NCBI RefSeq assembly: GCF_024521635.1
Contig: NW_026250413.1
Span: forward strand, 744,001-808,000
Direction: 5' to 3'
Length of the DNA: 64,000 bases
From: Tricharina praecox
Lineage: Eukaryota
The notes beneath the pieces are model-generated. The model saw nothing but the letters and a program-made list of their open reading frames with translations, searched no databases and was not told where the DNA came from. Of this stretch, positions 50,289-63,167 are shown in pieces; within the stretch, counting starts at the first letter, position 1, and every line of letters starts with the position of its first letter. A program made the position numbers and the translations under genes.

Positions 50289-52429
50289 GATCGAGAAGCG
50301 CGAATTCGGTAGTGCAAGCACACAGAGCTAAGGTCTTATAGGCAGCAGGTTGTTCTCCCTCCCATCCACCGAAGCCAACGCTCAAGCGTTCAATGGGTGT
50401 ATCTCGTTCGCGTGGTCGGCGGCGGGGATGAGTGCGGTGATGTCTCGTTGCGGCGGTGGACGATGATGGTTGGTGGTTTGGCGGTGGTCGGTGATGGCGG
50501 GGCTGAGTAGTGCCAGATTGCCATGGTGATACAAGAATGGGTTCGTCCGTTCCAAATCCGATGATCCATCGATTCCTTCCCTCAGCTGCATGAGGTATAT
50601 AAATACTGGAGCGAGTATATAACAGCAACTAATGTGAAGGCCAAAAATACGCATACAATTTACCACTCGGTCAATGATGCTGTGTAGAGTACCTATCGAC
50701 TCTATCCAGATCCGCTTAGGTATGGCATATGCGCTCATGTATGCACTCCACAGACCCCACCGCATTGCCGCGAGAGGGCTGAACAAGTCAGGTGCGAGCG
50801 TGCTACACACGTGCTCACGCAGCAAGCGGAAGGTTCCATAACGCAACGTCTCTCCCTTATTCCCTGCGCATACCGGCAAAGAGTTCTCGGCGTACCACCA
50901 CCACTACTATTGACGACTTCACTGGTGATTTCTTTGCTGTGATCACGGGTGGGCGGGCTGCCAACCAACCAACCGACGATACAAGTCTGTTTTCTCCTAG
51001 GCTTACGGTTTGCTTCGTGCGTACGCAGAACACATTATCGCTGTCTGAAGTTTGTGATATTCATGTCGTACTATTACGCCCATCGTCCGATGCAAGACGG
51101 CGAGTTGAAGCTCAGCTCGTGGTTCGATTACATACCTCCTATGTAGCTGGAGACGAAGCTCCACCTGACCGAGGCCGAAGTGATGGTCTCGAAAAGGTTG
51201 TCGACTCCATCGATGTCGACTAAGAGTCAATCATGGCAGATTCAGTTGATCCGTGAGGAAGGAATCATTCCGACTCATGATCACACAGTCCGAGCTGCCC
51301 GGATCTCACGCACGGTGCTTAGAGCAGAGTGGGCTGTGAGCTACATTGTCACTAAGCAAAGCTGAATTCACCGGGCTATCTTCTTCCTCCCCTTTACGGT
51401 TCGTCAAAGCTCTCTGAAGCGTCTGGCCGGCCTTCTGGTTGAAAAGGTTGCGCATAATCGCCCTGGGGCATAAGAGGGAGAGAGGATCGATTTGCTCCAT
51501 CGTCGCATACGAACTTAGATACATGTATGTAGACTCGCTTTGGAGAGAGAGAATCAATTATTTTGTCGTCGTATATGGCCTTAGATATCATGTACACTCA
51601 AGAGAGAGAGAGAGATAATCAATTTACTCCACTAGCACTTATTGTCGCATGCGCCCTTGCTATATACTGCTATTATACCCTATTCCGCTAGTAATAGACT
51701 TGCCCTAGAGCGTAAGAAGCACGCTATTACAAGGGTTAGCTAGGCGATCTAGGCCGAACCACCACCACCTCCACCATCACCTCCTCCTCCACCACCACCA
51801 CCATCTCCTGTCCCACACCACTTAGACTCTGTCTATCCCCCGCCAATTCCCCCACCCACTCTAACCGTTAGCTGCTGCCTGAGTCCTCTACACACAAAGT
51901 CAACTTCCCGCCTACAACATACCCGCCGACCCGCCGCTGTGCTAGGTATCCTGCCCTGCACACTTTTCGCCTCAAAATTTTCTGGGCTTTTTTTCTTCTC
52001 CCCTCCACAGTTCCAGAGTCAAGTTTCGTCGCATACTCACCAGAGGTTAACCCGTGCCTGACCCGATTCGACCCCTCACTCGGATTGCATTCAGTCTGGT
52101 CTCTTGGTACGGTTCGCTTGTCAAATTCCCCCGAATCGGCCGCTCTGCAACCATCACCACCAAACCCGGACGTCGCTCGTTAACTTCGACCCTCCAACCA
52201 ACGACAACTATCCTCCGCGACAACCACCAACGAGACAACCTCAAGAACCATCAACCCACAATTTCGCTCCTCCTCACAAGTCGCCGACACCATTCACCTC
52301 TTGTCGCTTCCTCGCCTGTTCTCCATCGCGCTCCGCCACACCCTGCTCCAATTTCGCAGAAGCGTCTTCCAACCACTAGAGAACATCCGCATCAACCCGA
52401 GTCCGTTCATCGATACCGTCGCCGGCGCA

Positions 52430-54633
52430 ATGTCTGCGACACCTTTTTCTTCCTCGTTCCCCATACGGGCGTCGCGGTCTACTCCTACAATAGCCCCCAC
52501 TACGTTAGCACTTGTCGCATGCGACCCCAGACAATTGGCCAACGACATACACTTCATCGAGGCTAAGATCCCGATTTCGGCGAACACAGGCACCTCCGGA
52601 TTTATAAAGTTCTTACATGCGCGCACTACTCAAGCTTCCAACAATCATCCGAACAGTCAAAGAGTGGCCGATAGTTCTATTTCTACTGCTGTGACTACTG
52701 CGACTGCTGTCCGAGAGGCGGCGGCTCTCTACAGTGATTCGTCGCGCACTCCCTCCCAGGTTGCCGATTCCCGCGATAGTAGCGCTGGCCCCTCCACCGC
52801 GCCGACGACACCCCCAGATTCCCAGGCCGGCAGCGTTAAGGACGATGGCATCGATGAGGATAACAATGCGATACCCCAGCAGAAACCCCCACATAAGAGG
52901 GGCAAGCCGGAGGAAGAGTCAGCTGAGAAGGCGAAGAAGTCCAAGTCCGCTAGCAGCAGCAGCAGCAGTGAGACGACGGAAGCGGAAGTGATAAAGAAGA
53001 AGGAGAAGCAGGTGGTCGCAACCAAACCTGAAGCTTCAGAGAAGCCGGAGAAGGAACATACCTCTTCACGGAAGGAAAAGACATCTACCCCGGCCAAGCG
53101 AAAGGCCGCCGATGATGAAGATGCGCTCAGTGCCCCATCACCCCGACGCATCAAGGTCCAGGCTAATGCCGAAACCCATAAGCCCGCCAGCAGCAGCAGC
53201 GGCAGTCAGACTTCGGGAGCGGAAGTTGTGAAGAAGAAGGAGAAGCAGATTGTCGGAACCAATCATGAAGCTTCGGAGAAGGAACCTACCTCTCCAAGAA
53301 AGGAAAAGGCAGCCACCCCGTCCAAGCGAAAGGCCGCTGACGATAGCGATGCGCTCGGCGCTCCGTCACCCCAACGCATCAAGGTCCAGGTCGATGCCGA
53401 AGCCAATAAGAAGGTCAAGGTCAAGGGTATCCTGAACCCTCATTTCCTCTGCTACAGGAACTCGGCTCTGCAGCTCCTCGCCAGCTGTAAGATTTTCCGC
53501 GACGAATTGGCCAAGCACCGCGTAAGCGGCTGTAAGGTGAAGGGTGCCTGTGTGGCCTGTGGCCTGGCCACGTTCTTCGCCGACCATTTTTGGAATGGCA
53601 AGGCGAAGTTCGCGACCAATCCCACCAAGCCGGTTGCAGGCTTTAAGCAAGGTAAGACGTTAGAACATCAACATGAAGAGACGCATGCTAACAAACCTAG
53701 CACTGCCAAAACCCTTCAACAAGTTGCAGGGACAGGAGGATGCCTTTGAGTACATCACTGCGGTGTTGTCGACCATCGAGGACCAGTTGACTAAGTAAGA
53801 GCCCCCCACCCACTACACTTGCATGAGGTGCAGTCACTGATTGGCACAGGGGTCTTCCGGAATCTGAGAAGAAGGCGCACCCTGTGTACCGTGCCTTCAA
53901 TGGCTGCTTCCCCTCGGTTGTGAAGTGCTCCGTGTGCGGACACGAGAGCTCCAACAACAACGAGGGGGTGTCGATGGTGATGGAGCCACTGGCACCGAGG
54001 TCCGAGCGAGAGGTGATCCCTCTCCACACCAAGTTGGTACAATACTTCCGGGCGGAGGAAGTGGAGTACCGGTGTGAGAGGTGTAACAAGCCTGGTGGCA
54101 TGGCCACCAAGAGGGTTACCATTCGCTCGGGGCCGGAGTTCCTGCTGGTGAACATTGCCAGGCACAAGCCTGCGCGGATGGCGTGGAAGAGGGGGGGAGC
54201 CAAGGTTAGAAACCACGTCTCGTTTAACGAGAAGTTGGCTCTCCCCGAGGTGGGACCCGACGGCAAGAGGAAGACGGTCAACTACGAGCTCCAGTCCGTG
54301 CTCGCGCACGCTGGCTCGACCATGTCCGGGGGTAAGTTTAATGCCTAATTTGCTAGCCTTCCGAGGATGATGCTGATACAATCACTACAGGCCACTACAT
54401 CTCCTACGTCCAGCAGCCAGACGGCACATGGGCCGAATGTAACGACGAGAGTGTAAGCATTCATTCATGTCTAATAGTTGTTGCGAGCAAAGGTTAACTT
54501 GAACTAGGTGAGGGAAGTTCCCGTCAAGACGGTCCTGTCGTGCGAGGACGGCCACTTCCAGGCCTGCGTCCTCGGCTACTCGAAGGTGTCGAAACGGGCC
54601 CCCTGCACTCTCATCGGAGCTGCGCAGAGATAA
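52430..54633 (+). CDS. Divergent ubiquitin-specific protease (peptidase C19) with long disordered, internally duplicated N-terminus; 5 coding exons
   Basis: KGILNPHFLCYRNSALQLL (Cys box), QEDAFEY, CSVC/CERC zinc ribbon, YELQSVLAHAG...GGHY, W..CNDE.V; introns at ~53652, 53774, 54332 and 54453 restore the frame. Confidence 0.85.
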
Positions 54634-55146
54634 TCGCGCTTTTTTTTTCTTCTTTTTTTCCCCTTTTTTTTTCTTTTTTGATAACCATATCCGGGGGGTT
54701 GATACCTGTGAAAAAAATTTCTTTTTTTTCTGTGGCTATAATCTTTTTTTACAATTCCACATCCCGTTTTCTTACCTTCTTTCTTTCTTCCGTTCTTTCT
54801 TTTTCTCTTCGGAGTAATCTTCATTTGGCATATGGGAGGCGGGCGGGCGGGCGGTTTTTTGTTCGTTGTCTTGGTGGGCCGGCGTTTTGGGGGGCTTCTG
54901 TTTGTTTGATTGATTTCCTTCTCGCACTACCGTATCGACCTACATTATCGAGTCACTGACGTTATAGCCGACTAATCCTATAGCCGACTCCGCAGTCTGG
55001 GGGGGCATCCAATGGGGCGGGCGGACTTGTGTCATCGATGTATGACTTGTATATAAAAAAAGGGTTTTGCGGGATTGGGCTCGGTTGGGCCGGGGATGGA
55101 TGTGTGAAAATCATGGCGGGACAGGTCTGCAAGCACTGTGCATACG

Positions 55147-55582
55147 AACGGAGAGGCGAACGGAGAGGCGAACGGAGAAGCGAACGGTGAAGCGGGGGAT
55201 GAGGTGTGGAGTGGAGTACGGTGCAGTTGAGTGGAATGGATGGCTGTGGATGGGCTTTGGATGGCCACGGATGGCCGCGGATGGGTCGTATTCGAGTTAA
55301 GGTTTTATCATAATATTCCAAGTCTCACTTGCCTTGGGTTGCCTTAGGGGCGTTTGGCTGTATGTGTTGTGTGTGTACGGTATGTTGGACATGCAGTGCA
55401 GCTGGGTAATGACAGCTGGGTAATGACAACAGTGATTGACAACAACAACAGCTGTTTACAGCAATACTGACAACAATACTGGCAACACTGACAACAACGA
55501 TACTGACAGCGAGCTCGGAGCTCGGAGTGCAAACCGATCTGAACTATAGCCCAACAGCCCAACAGCCCAACAGCCCAACAGC
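55147..55582. repeat. Cluster of short tandem repeats: (GAACGGAGAGGC)3, (GCCCAACA)4, CAACA-rich tracts
   Basis: Visible directly at ~55147-55190, 55440-55510 and 55549-55582. Confidence 0.75.
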
Positions 55583-58500
55583 GCATCCTGCGTACGACAT
55601 ATCTCGAACCATCATATTTCTCCATATCCTCCAGGGCCCATATCTCCCTCAGTCCCCCACCGCCCCACCGCCCCACCAGGTCTTCTATGTATTGTGCATT
55701 CGCAAGTTCGAGCAGCATGATCAGCACCTCTTCCCTCTATCCCTCAATCTTGAACGAGCGGGCACGCACCAAGACCAGTTATTGACATTTTGTTTTTATC
55801 CCCCCTACCCTACCCAACCTACACCCAACCCATAGCGTCACGGGGACACTTTTACACTTCTTGGGTCGTGAGGGTTTTCGTCCGAACCAGTCAGGACTCG
55901 GGACTGAGCTTCGAGATGCGAGGAAGTGCTTGGGGGAGGGGGGAGGGGGGGCACCGGGAGGGGCACGGGGACTGATGGGAAAGAGACGGACGAACTTATG
56001 GGATCGACTGGCTTCTGACTTCTGGAATCGATTGGCTTCTGGAAGAAGATGCGGAACTGCACGGGGCGAACTTTCAGCTTTCAGTAACGACGACTGGCTG
56101 GTTGGATGACTGGATGATGGATGATGGATGATGGTTGATGGAACAGCTGATCCGCGAGGGAGGGATGCATCATGGGAAGGAAGTGGAAACCGCTACCGAA
56201 ACGGAGCTACCAGCTACCAGCTATCTATGGACACGAACCGCACGAACCACACGAACCAAACGAACCACCAGCACCAACAGCAGCACCAGACGATCGAGTC
56301 CGAGCACTGGTTGAGGATTGACGGAGGAACGTTTGCTGCAGAGCTGGGCTGCCGCCTTCTGGATGCGGACGATCGATAAGCCGGCGGGATCAATTGCGGA
56401 TTCTCCCCCAGTGTGTGGATCGTACTGGAAATGCTGGACGTGGTTCTGCAGACTCGAGCGAACCTTCGGCGAACCATCACGACACGATGGGTGGTCTGAT
56501 AAGCGGTTGTCTGTCTGTCAGCATGTGAGCATGTGGTTCTGCGTGCTCCGGGAATGCGGTATCCGAAGGGCGGTGCTAGTGGTAGTAGTAGTGGGATAAG
56601 AGGTGGGGTATGGGGGGGTATGGGGATTCCAGCGACGTTGGCCTGGCATGGTTGTGCTGTGTTGTGTTGGTGCACGGGAGTCAATGAGACGAACGAACGA
56701 TTGGGTGGTGGATGGTGGGCAGTGGACATTAAGCCCGAGCTCAAGTTGCTGATGGCGAGCCAGCGTGAGGAGCTGACCGGAAGCTCTTAGGCGGGTGTGC
56801 TTCGGGATGCTGGCAGGAGTGGTGGGGGAAGAGCTGTTGGCTACCCGGGGTGATATGAAGTCTCGGACGACGTTGGTTGTGCGAATGCTGATGCATAGGA
56901 CCGCCAGAGGGGGCGATTGGATATTGACCACTCAGTTCGGGCCTGAGGCGGTGGGGGGATTGTGAGCATGATCATGAGTTAGCTGTTTGAGCATGAGGAG
57001 ATGTCCATGGAGGGTACGGCGCACCATCAGCCCCGAGGTCGGCGAAGAGACCGCAAGGGAAGAGTGCGGGGATAGGTAGGAGGAGGAGGCGGAGGAGGCG
57101 GAGGAGGATCTCTGGCCCCCGTTGCGAAGGACTCTCCTATCCTATCCTATCCATACAATCCAATCACAGGCTCAGCATCTACTTCCAGGTTCCTAGCATG
57201 CGCAGACGCTATGGCCCCCGCTCCGCTGCCTTTGGCTGACTGGCTGGCTGCCCGACTGGTCGGTTTATTCGACTACAGCGAACGAACTCATGGGCTCTCT
57301 GCGTACTGGTACCTTCTCCGGGAACGAATGGGAGACTGCAATCCAGCTTCTCAAGCGAACCTCGCCAGCCTCGTTGATTACGGCGCATAGCGGTGAGCGC
57401 AGCGGAATTGCGGAGAATGCGGGCACGAGGACGCAGGAGAGGGATTGATAAGACGACCAGGAAACTCAGGCAGCATCCTCAGGCGAACTTGGGGCTGCAC
57501 AAGAACTCATGATCATGAGAGATGCAGTTAATACGACGGCCGGTCTTCACAGGAAGCAGGAAACAGGCAGCAGGCAGCTAGCAACAGCTCGAGCTCTATG
57601 ACTTGCTTCCTGAGGGGAATACGGAGCTCACACCAGTCAATGGGTTGAGTTTGGAGGTCATGGGACGCTATTACATCCTGCTTCCCAGCTCTCTGCGAAG
57701 TTTGCTGGCTGGTTTTGGCCACAGTCAACCCACAATCCATGTCGTCAAAGCAACAGCACCACCGCACGATCGCCCGAGGAAAGCTGTCCGGAGAGGAGAA
57801 GACGCTCGGCCAGGTTCATGATGTATACCTGCGGCTGGACTGCACATCTCCTAGGAGTTTCGTCCATCCATTGGCTCAGTGAGTATACTCGCCAACATTG
57901 GGTGTTGTTGCGTTACCCCCTCACCCATAACAACCGTTTATCTTTACTAATTGCCGTGGGCGGGCTTGGGGGGATTCATGGATGAATGTCTGGGCCACAC
58001 GCGCCCTTTACCGCTTCTCATGCTCGCGATCGAGCCCCCACAGAACATGTCCTTCACAATCGGCCGGTCAAAGCCAGTCAGCCAGCCCAATCCACTTGAC
58101 CAGGACTATCGAAACACAAGCTCCGGAGCCGGGGGCCCATAGGCTCGCCATATATTGCTGCCTGGCTATTGACGCAACCCCTTCCACAATCAAGCAGTCG
58201 GTATCAAGAAACCTGTCTGGCGACTCATTAATGCAGTTCTTCTCGTTCCGACTTCCCCAAGACCGGCCAACCAACTAGCATGCACGGAGGGACGATGCCC
58301 CATTGCAATCGTCCTCCATAGGTTGGGAGGAAACACCCCCTCCACGGCGAGAATACCACGGCAGGGAGCCAAAGTGCCACAATCTCCATTCCCGGGTCCT
58401 GTGTGGTCGGAGGGAGAGGCTATTCTACGGCGGATCGATTGACTAGAGAACGAGAACGAGGGAGCCCCCAACGTAATAGCACGATGTCCAGTGATGCCGA

Positions 58501-61305
58501 GAACGGATTTCCCAACAAGTCTTTCCGTCCCATAGAACGCAGAGGAACTCCTCGAGTCTCGGCAAATGTGAATGCCCAATGGATAATCGCCGGAAGAACG
58601 AAGACGCAATCGAGGCGGCGGAGTTTCCATCCCTTCCCGGGTCACCTAGCGTAGGGAGTAGGGGTGAGTGCTCAAAGCTCTCATCGCACTGGACCTGGGT
58701 GCGGCGAGTTTAGGGGTTGCGTGATATGACATCTGCAACTGCAAGTCATATCAGCCCCTTCCTCCCGAGATCTGCACTTTCGTGGTGGTTGTGGGGGTCT
58801 GGCTTGGTCGTTCAAACCTGATACTCGGCGGGTGGCGTCCGTTCCTCCCCTATCTCAACAATTTCGGTGTATACGTAGGCGTACGGGTGGTTCGTTCGAA
58901 CAGGATCCGGGCCATACAAGCACTCGATGAGTTGTCGTCCCGCGATGACAGGAAGGCAGTGGGTTGGGCTCTCAACATTTCGATGCCGTCTGGAGGAAGA
59001 AAAGAGACCAGGCTTTGGGGGCTCGGAAGCGGTTCCGTGGAGGAGCGAGGAGCGAGGATGTAACGACGGTTCCAGGCTTGACTTGACTCATCTCGACTCA
59101 ACTCGACTCGCGAAAACTGCTCGCTCTCGGTCGCCAACATCCAGAGCTATCGTGGCTTCCCCTTCTCCTTCCTCCCCGATGGCATATCAGCTAGGTGGTG
59201 AGCCAGTCTGTGTCGTGTGTGCTCGGTAGGCCTGGGTCTCAGATCCTCCTCCGACCTACCGACCTACCGACGACTTCGATCCAAACGACCTCCACCTGGC
59301 GAAATGGGAGACGATGTAGACCGGCAATCGAAGTGCATGGTAGTCGTAGAAGGTGCTCGCGATTGGTTGCGCTTGCAGGCCGGAGGAAGGAGAGGGGGTG
59401 GACGGGGGAGTTCGGTTGGCAACCCAGCCTCCGGAACAACAAATGGTGACGATGACGGTGTTACTCCTATGCATTCCTTCCTCTCCATCATCGCGGCGTT
59501 CGAGAGAATTCCCCTGGCGAGGGCAGGGCGGAGGATGTAGTGGAGTGGAGGTTGTCTTCTCAACGGATTTCCCCCTTTCCTCCACCTCCCTGATCCGATC
59601 CGTGAGTGGGCCGGCCGGCCAGACACCGCAGAGTACGCGACACGACAGCACCTCCACAGCTACCGGCCAGCCATACGTGTACGCCACAGAGTTCATCCGA
59701 CCAACCCACCCACCACTCCTCCGCAAACCATCGAGTGATCCCAGGTGACCTTGATAGGGGACTGACTAGTGAGACATCTCGTATCCCCTCCGCTGGATGG
59801 ATGGACCTCGCAGCTCGGTGACGACATCTGAGGAGAGCATTTGTCCATCCACCGTGGGATCCGCCTGTGACGATCACTAAAGTATCCTCCTGCTGCCCTC
59901 CGCTCCGAGGGACGAACTACTCTACTATACTCTATCGGAGCCTTGTCTTGTCGTGTGGACGCACAGTCAGAGTGCGTGCGATCAGATCGGAGTACATGTA
60001 AGCTCGCCCTCGCTAGGGGATTCCCCAAATGAAAAAGAAAAGAAAAAGTAGATGTGAAGTGTACATTGTACGTATGTATGCTCACGTAGTGTACTCGCCA
60101 TCACCCCCATCCCGGGACGGAAAGGAATCGTCCTCGGAAGGCTCGGGTGCTTCGGGAGCGGAGCGGAGTGGCGCGGAGTGGAGTGAAGCGGCACCGTTTG
60201 TGCTGGCATTTGCTCTATCCAAGTATGATGTACTCTACTTGCTCCGGATACATAAGCTTACGCGGTTGGACCGTTGGAGGAGTGAGATGTGTGTAGTGTA
60301 TGTAGTGTATGTAGTACCTGCATGCGCGCCATAGTGGGCGGAGTGGAGTGTACCACTACATACCTGGATACTCTACCATGTAGGCATGTATCATAAGTAC
60401 TCACCTCCCCACCCGTGATGTAATGCTATGTAAACTACATACATCATGTACTTGCCTTCCACGTTGTCCAACGGTGACGCTCTGTGTCTTGCATAACTGA
60501 ACCTATGTGGGTGGATGGACGGTGGATGGGCGAGCGATGCAACCAGACAACGGTCTGCGCGTAAAGTAAACGTAAAGTTCTTACGGGTACGTACCAGTAC
60601 ATCATACCATACATCCATCCATAGGCCATAGGACGAGACGGAGAAGGAGAATTATGTAGAATAAGCATTAGTTAATTCCTCCCGGCCCCCGGTCAAAATC
60701 AGGAACCAAACTGGCCCTCCAAATTATTCCGTCGCGCGCAAACAACATCACAGTTAAAAGTACATGAAAAACAAGAACATAAAGAGAGGTACTTGTGAAG
60801 AGAATGACGAAGATAAAAAAATAAAAAAGACCCACTTTCCTTCCATGCTTGACTCCAGTCACCCCATCCCATCCTTCCAATCCATCATACACAAACCAAA
60901 CCAAACAACAAACCAAACCAACACTCAGCCCAGCCCAGCCTGCCAGATCAAAATCCAGATCAAAATCCATAAACTTTCCTACTGGTTGAACGAAACGAAA
61001 GAGAAAAAAAATAAAGTAAAAAGTAGAAAAAAGAAAAAGAAATACATCATCCAAGCTCTAGAGTATGCCATGCCATGCCATGCCCATTGGACACTCTAAC
61101 CAACAGTGCCTGCCTCTGCCTCCGTCTCTGCCTCGGCCTCTGCCTTACAGTCCACCGCCCGTTGCCCTGCCATTCTCCCTGCCGGGCCGGGTCGCCGAGT
61201 CCCGGTAGGTAAATATTTGTAAAAATGTAAGTTGTAACAAGAAAGAAAAGATCCGTTTGCGAAAGAAAAAAAAGCTGAACGAAGTATTGTTTTGCGTGGA
61301 CTATA

Positions 61306-62855
61306 CTATAGTGTCGCGGATGAGAAATAATAGTTGTCCCAGAGGTACTGGTAATCCTCGAGGACGCCGCCAAGCAGGCCGAGTACCGGTTGGTTATTGA
61401 GCCTACCAGAGATGCCCTGCAGGAACGGTCTGTGGACACAGCACACACGTATCAGTTCTCCGTTCGGAAGGAATGCGACGACGACGACGGATGAGACCAG
61501 CGAGAGAGTAAGAGACAGCACAATACAGTACAGCACATCATAACACACCCGCTTATGGGATGTGGGGGAGGGGGGAGGGATGCTTGTAGATGAGTGCCCT
61601 ATCTTGTACTGCTTGCTCGCTGTCGTAGGTAAGGGTGTGCTAATAATAGCAACAACACGAAAAGCAAATAACACAAGAAAAAGGGGAAGAAATATGGAGA
61701 GGAGTAGACGTACCCGGTGATATTCTCATAGAAAGCACCACGAACACCCCACCAGCCCATTGCCCAAGCCCTTCTTGTGAGCTCGTCTCGTTCCAGCTGC
61801 GTCAAACCCCGTAGTCCACCCGGTACACTCGTTTCGAGCTCGCGCTTCGTCATCTGCCTCGCAGCGTACTCGAGCGAGAACCCGAGTAACCACGGTGTCC
61901 AGCTCTTGCGGTCGTTGGCGAACCGCTTCATCGCGACCGCGTACACCACCGGCCGAAGGATGTACAGCACCTCGGCGAGGTAACCGGTGCCGCGGATGCG
62001 GTGCAGGAGCTGGGCGGGCGGCTTGACGTCCTCGGCCGTCAGCACCTTGCTGAGGAGGTACTGCGAGATCTTCCCGCTGTTGGGAAGACTGGGAAGTTCC
62101 AATCCCGTGCGCGGCATCTTCCAGCCCGTCGCCTCTCCAGGCGGCGGAGACTCGGGCTCGAAAACGCTGCTCTCCTCCAGCGCGGCCGGGTCAATCTCCC
62201 TCTCAGGCAACGGTGGCGTTAGCAACGGCCGCGAGTTCGTCAACCGTAGCAACAGCAGCCTGCACAGCGCCTTGACCGTCTCGAGCACAATAACAACATG
62301 CCAGCGCATCTTCTTCCCGCGGCGCTTGGCGGCCATCTCCCACAGCAGCTCGGTGTACTGGATCATGGTGATCAACAGCGCGACGCGACGGTAGGAGGGA
62401 CTGCGCGTCGTCCAGAATTTAGTGTAGCGATTATGCGGGGAGGGTTTTTCGCGCGGCAGGGAGGACGAGGCAGCAGCGTTGGCGAGCGCCGGCGAGCGCG
62501 CGAGCAGCGAGTCGTGGTATAGCGAGAGGAGCTGGATCCCGCTGTGGAGCGACTCCGACGCGAGTTCGACATCTTTGAAGCGCGCTGTTGGTGTGGGGTG
62601 GGATAGTTAGCGGTCATGATCACCATTGTCAAAGCGGGCAAATGACGGTCGCGTGTGAGAACGGGGGGCGGGGATGTATGTATCTAGCTGGGATATGGAA
62701 CGGACGGACGGACCAGGAACTATATATGTCAAGCTTCTGAGCGCACTCTCGATCTGCGATACCGCGCCCGCGTTCTTTGTGATGAAGTCACCATACATGT
62801 CCGTGTACGGTCGGAAGCTCTTCTTCCCCGCTGCCGCCGGTGGTGAGGCGTCCAT
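61306..62855 (-). CDS. PEX16: Peroxisomal membrane biogenesis factor Pex16, 3 exons
   Basis: Y.DFITKNA..VSQIESALRSLTYIVP, ELASESL, IQYTELLWEM.AKR, MPRTG..LP.LP, YLLSKVLT, AEVLYILRP, RGAFYENIT, EDYQYLWDNYYFS. Confidence 0.93.
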
Positions 62856-63109
62856 TACGACGAAGGATGCGATGGACCAGACTAGTTAAAGGAGTATGTA
62901 GCTTGGATGGCGAATATGTGCCGTGGAAAAATACGCCGGTCGGGTCGAGTGAGGGCGGGGATAGATCGATGTGAGATAGGAATGGGATGGAGCGAGAGGT
63001 GGTGTGTTGGTTGCGTGCAATTAGGTGGGAGCTGCTGCTTGTTTGCGAGGCGAGGTAACAACACAAGTAGCGCGCCGGGGAGGGGGCCCATGGGGCCAAC
63101 AAGCGGCAA

Positions 63110-63167
63110 CCTCGGCATGTGCTAGTTGTGCCGGTGGCATTCTCTAATGCCGGCGATTGGCCCGAGG
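63110..63167. promoter_or_regulatory. Two FarA/FarB-type CCTCGG sites upstream of PEX16
   Basis: CCTCGG at 63110-63115 and CCGAGG at 63162-63167, 250-310 bp upstream of the ATG. Confidence 0.45.
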
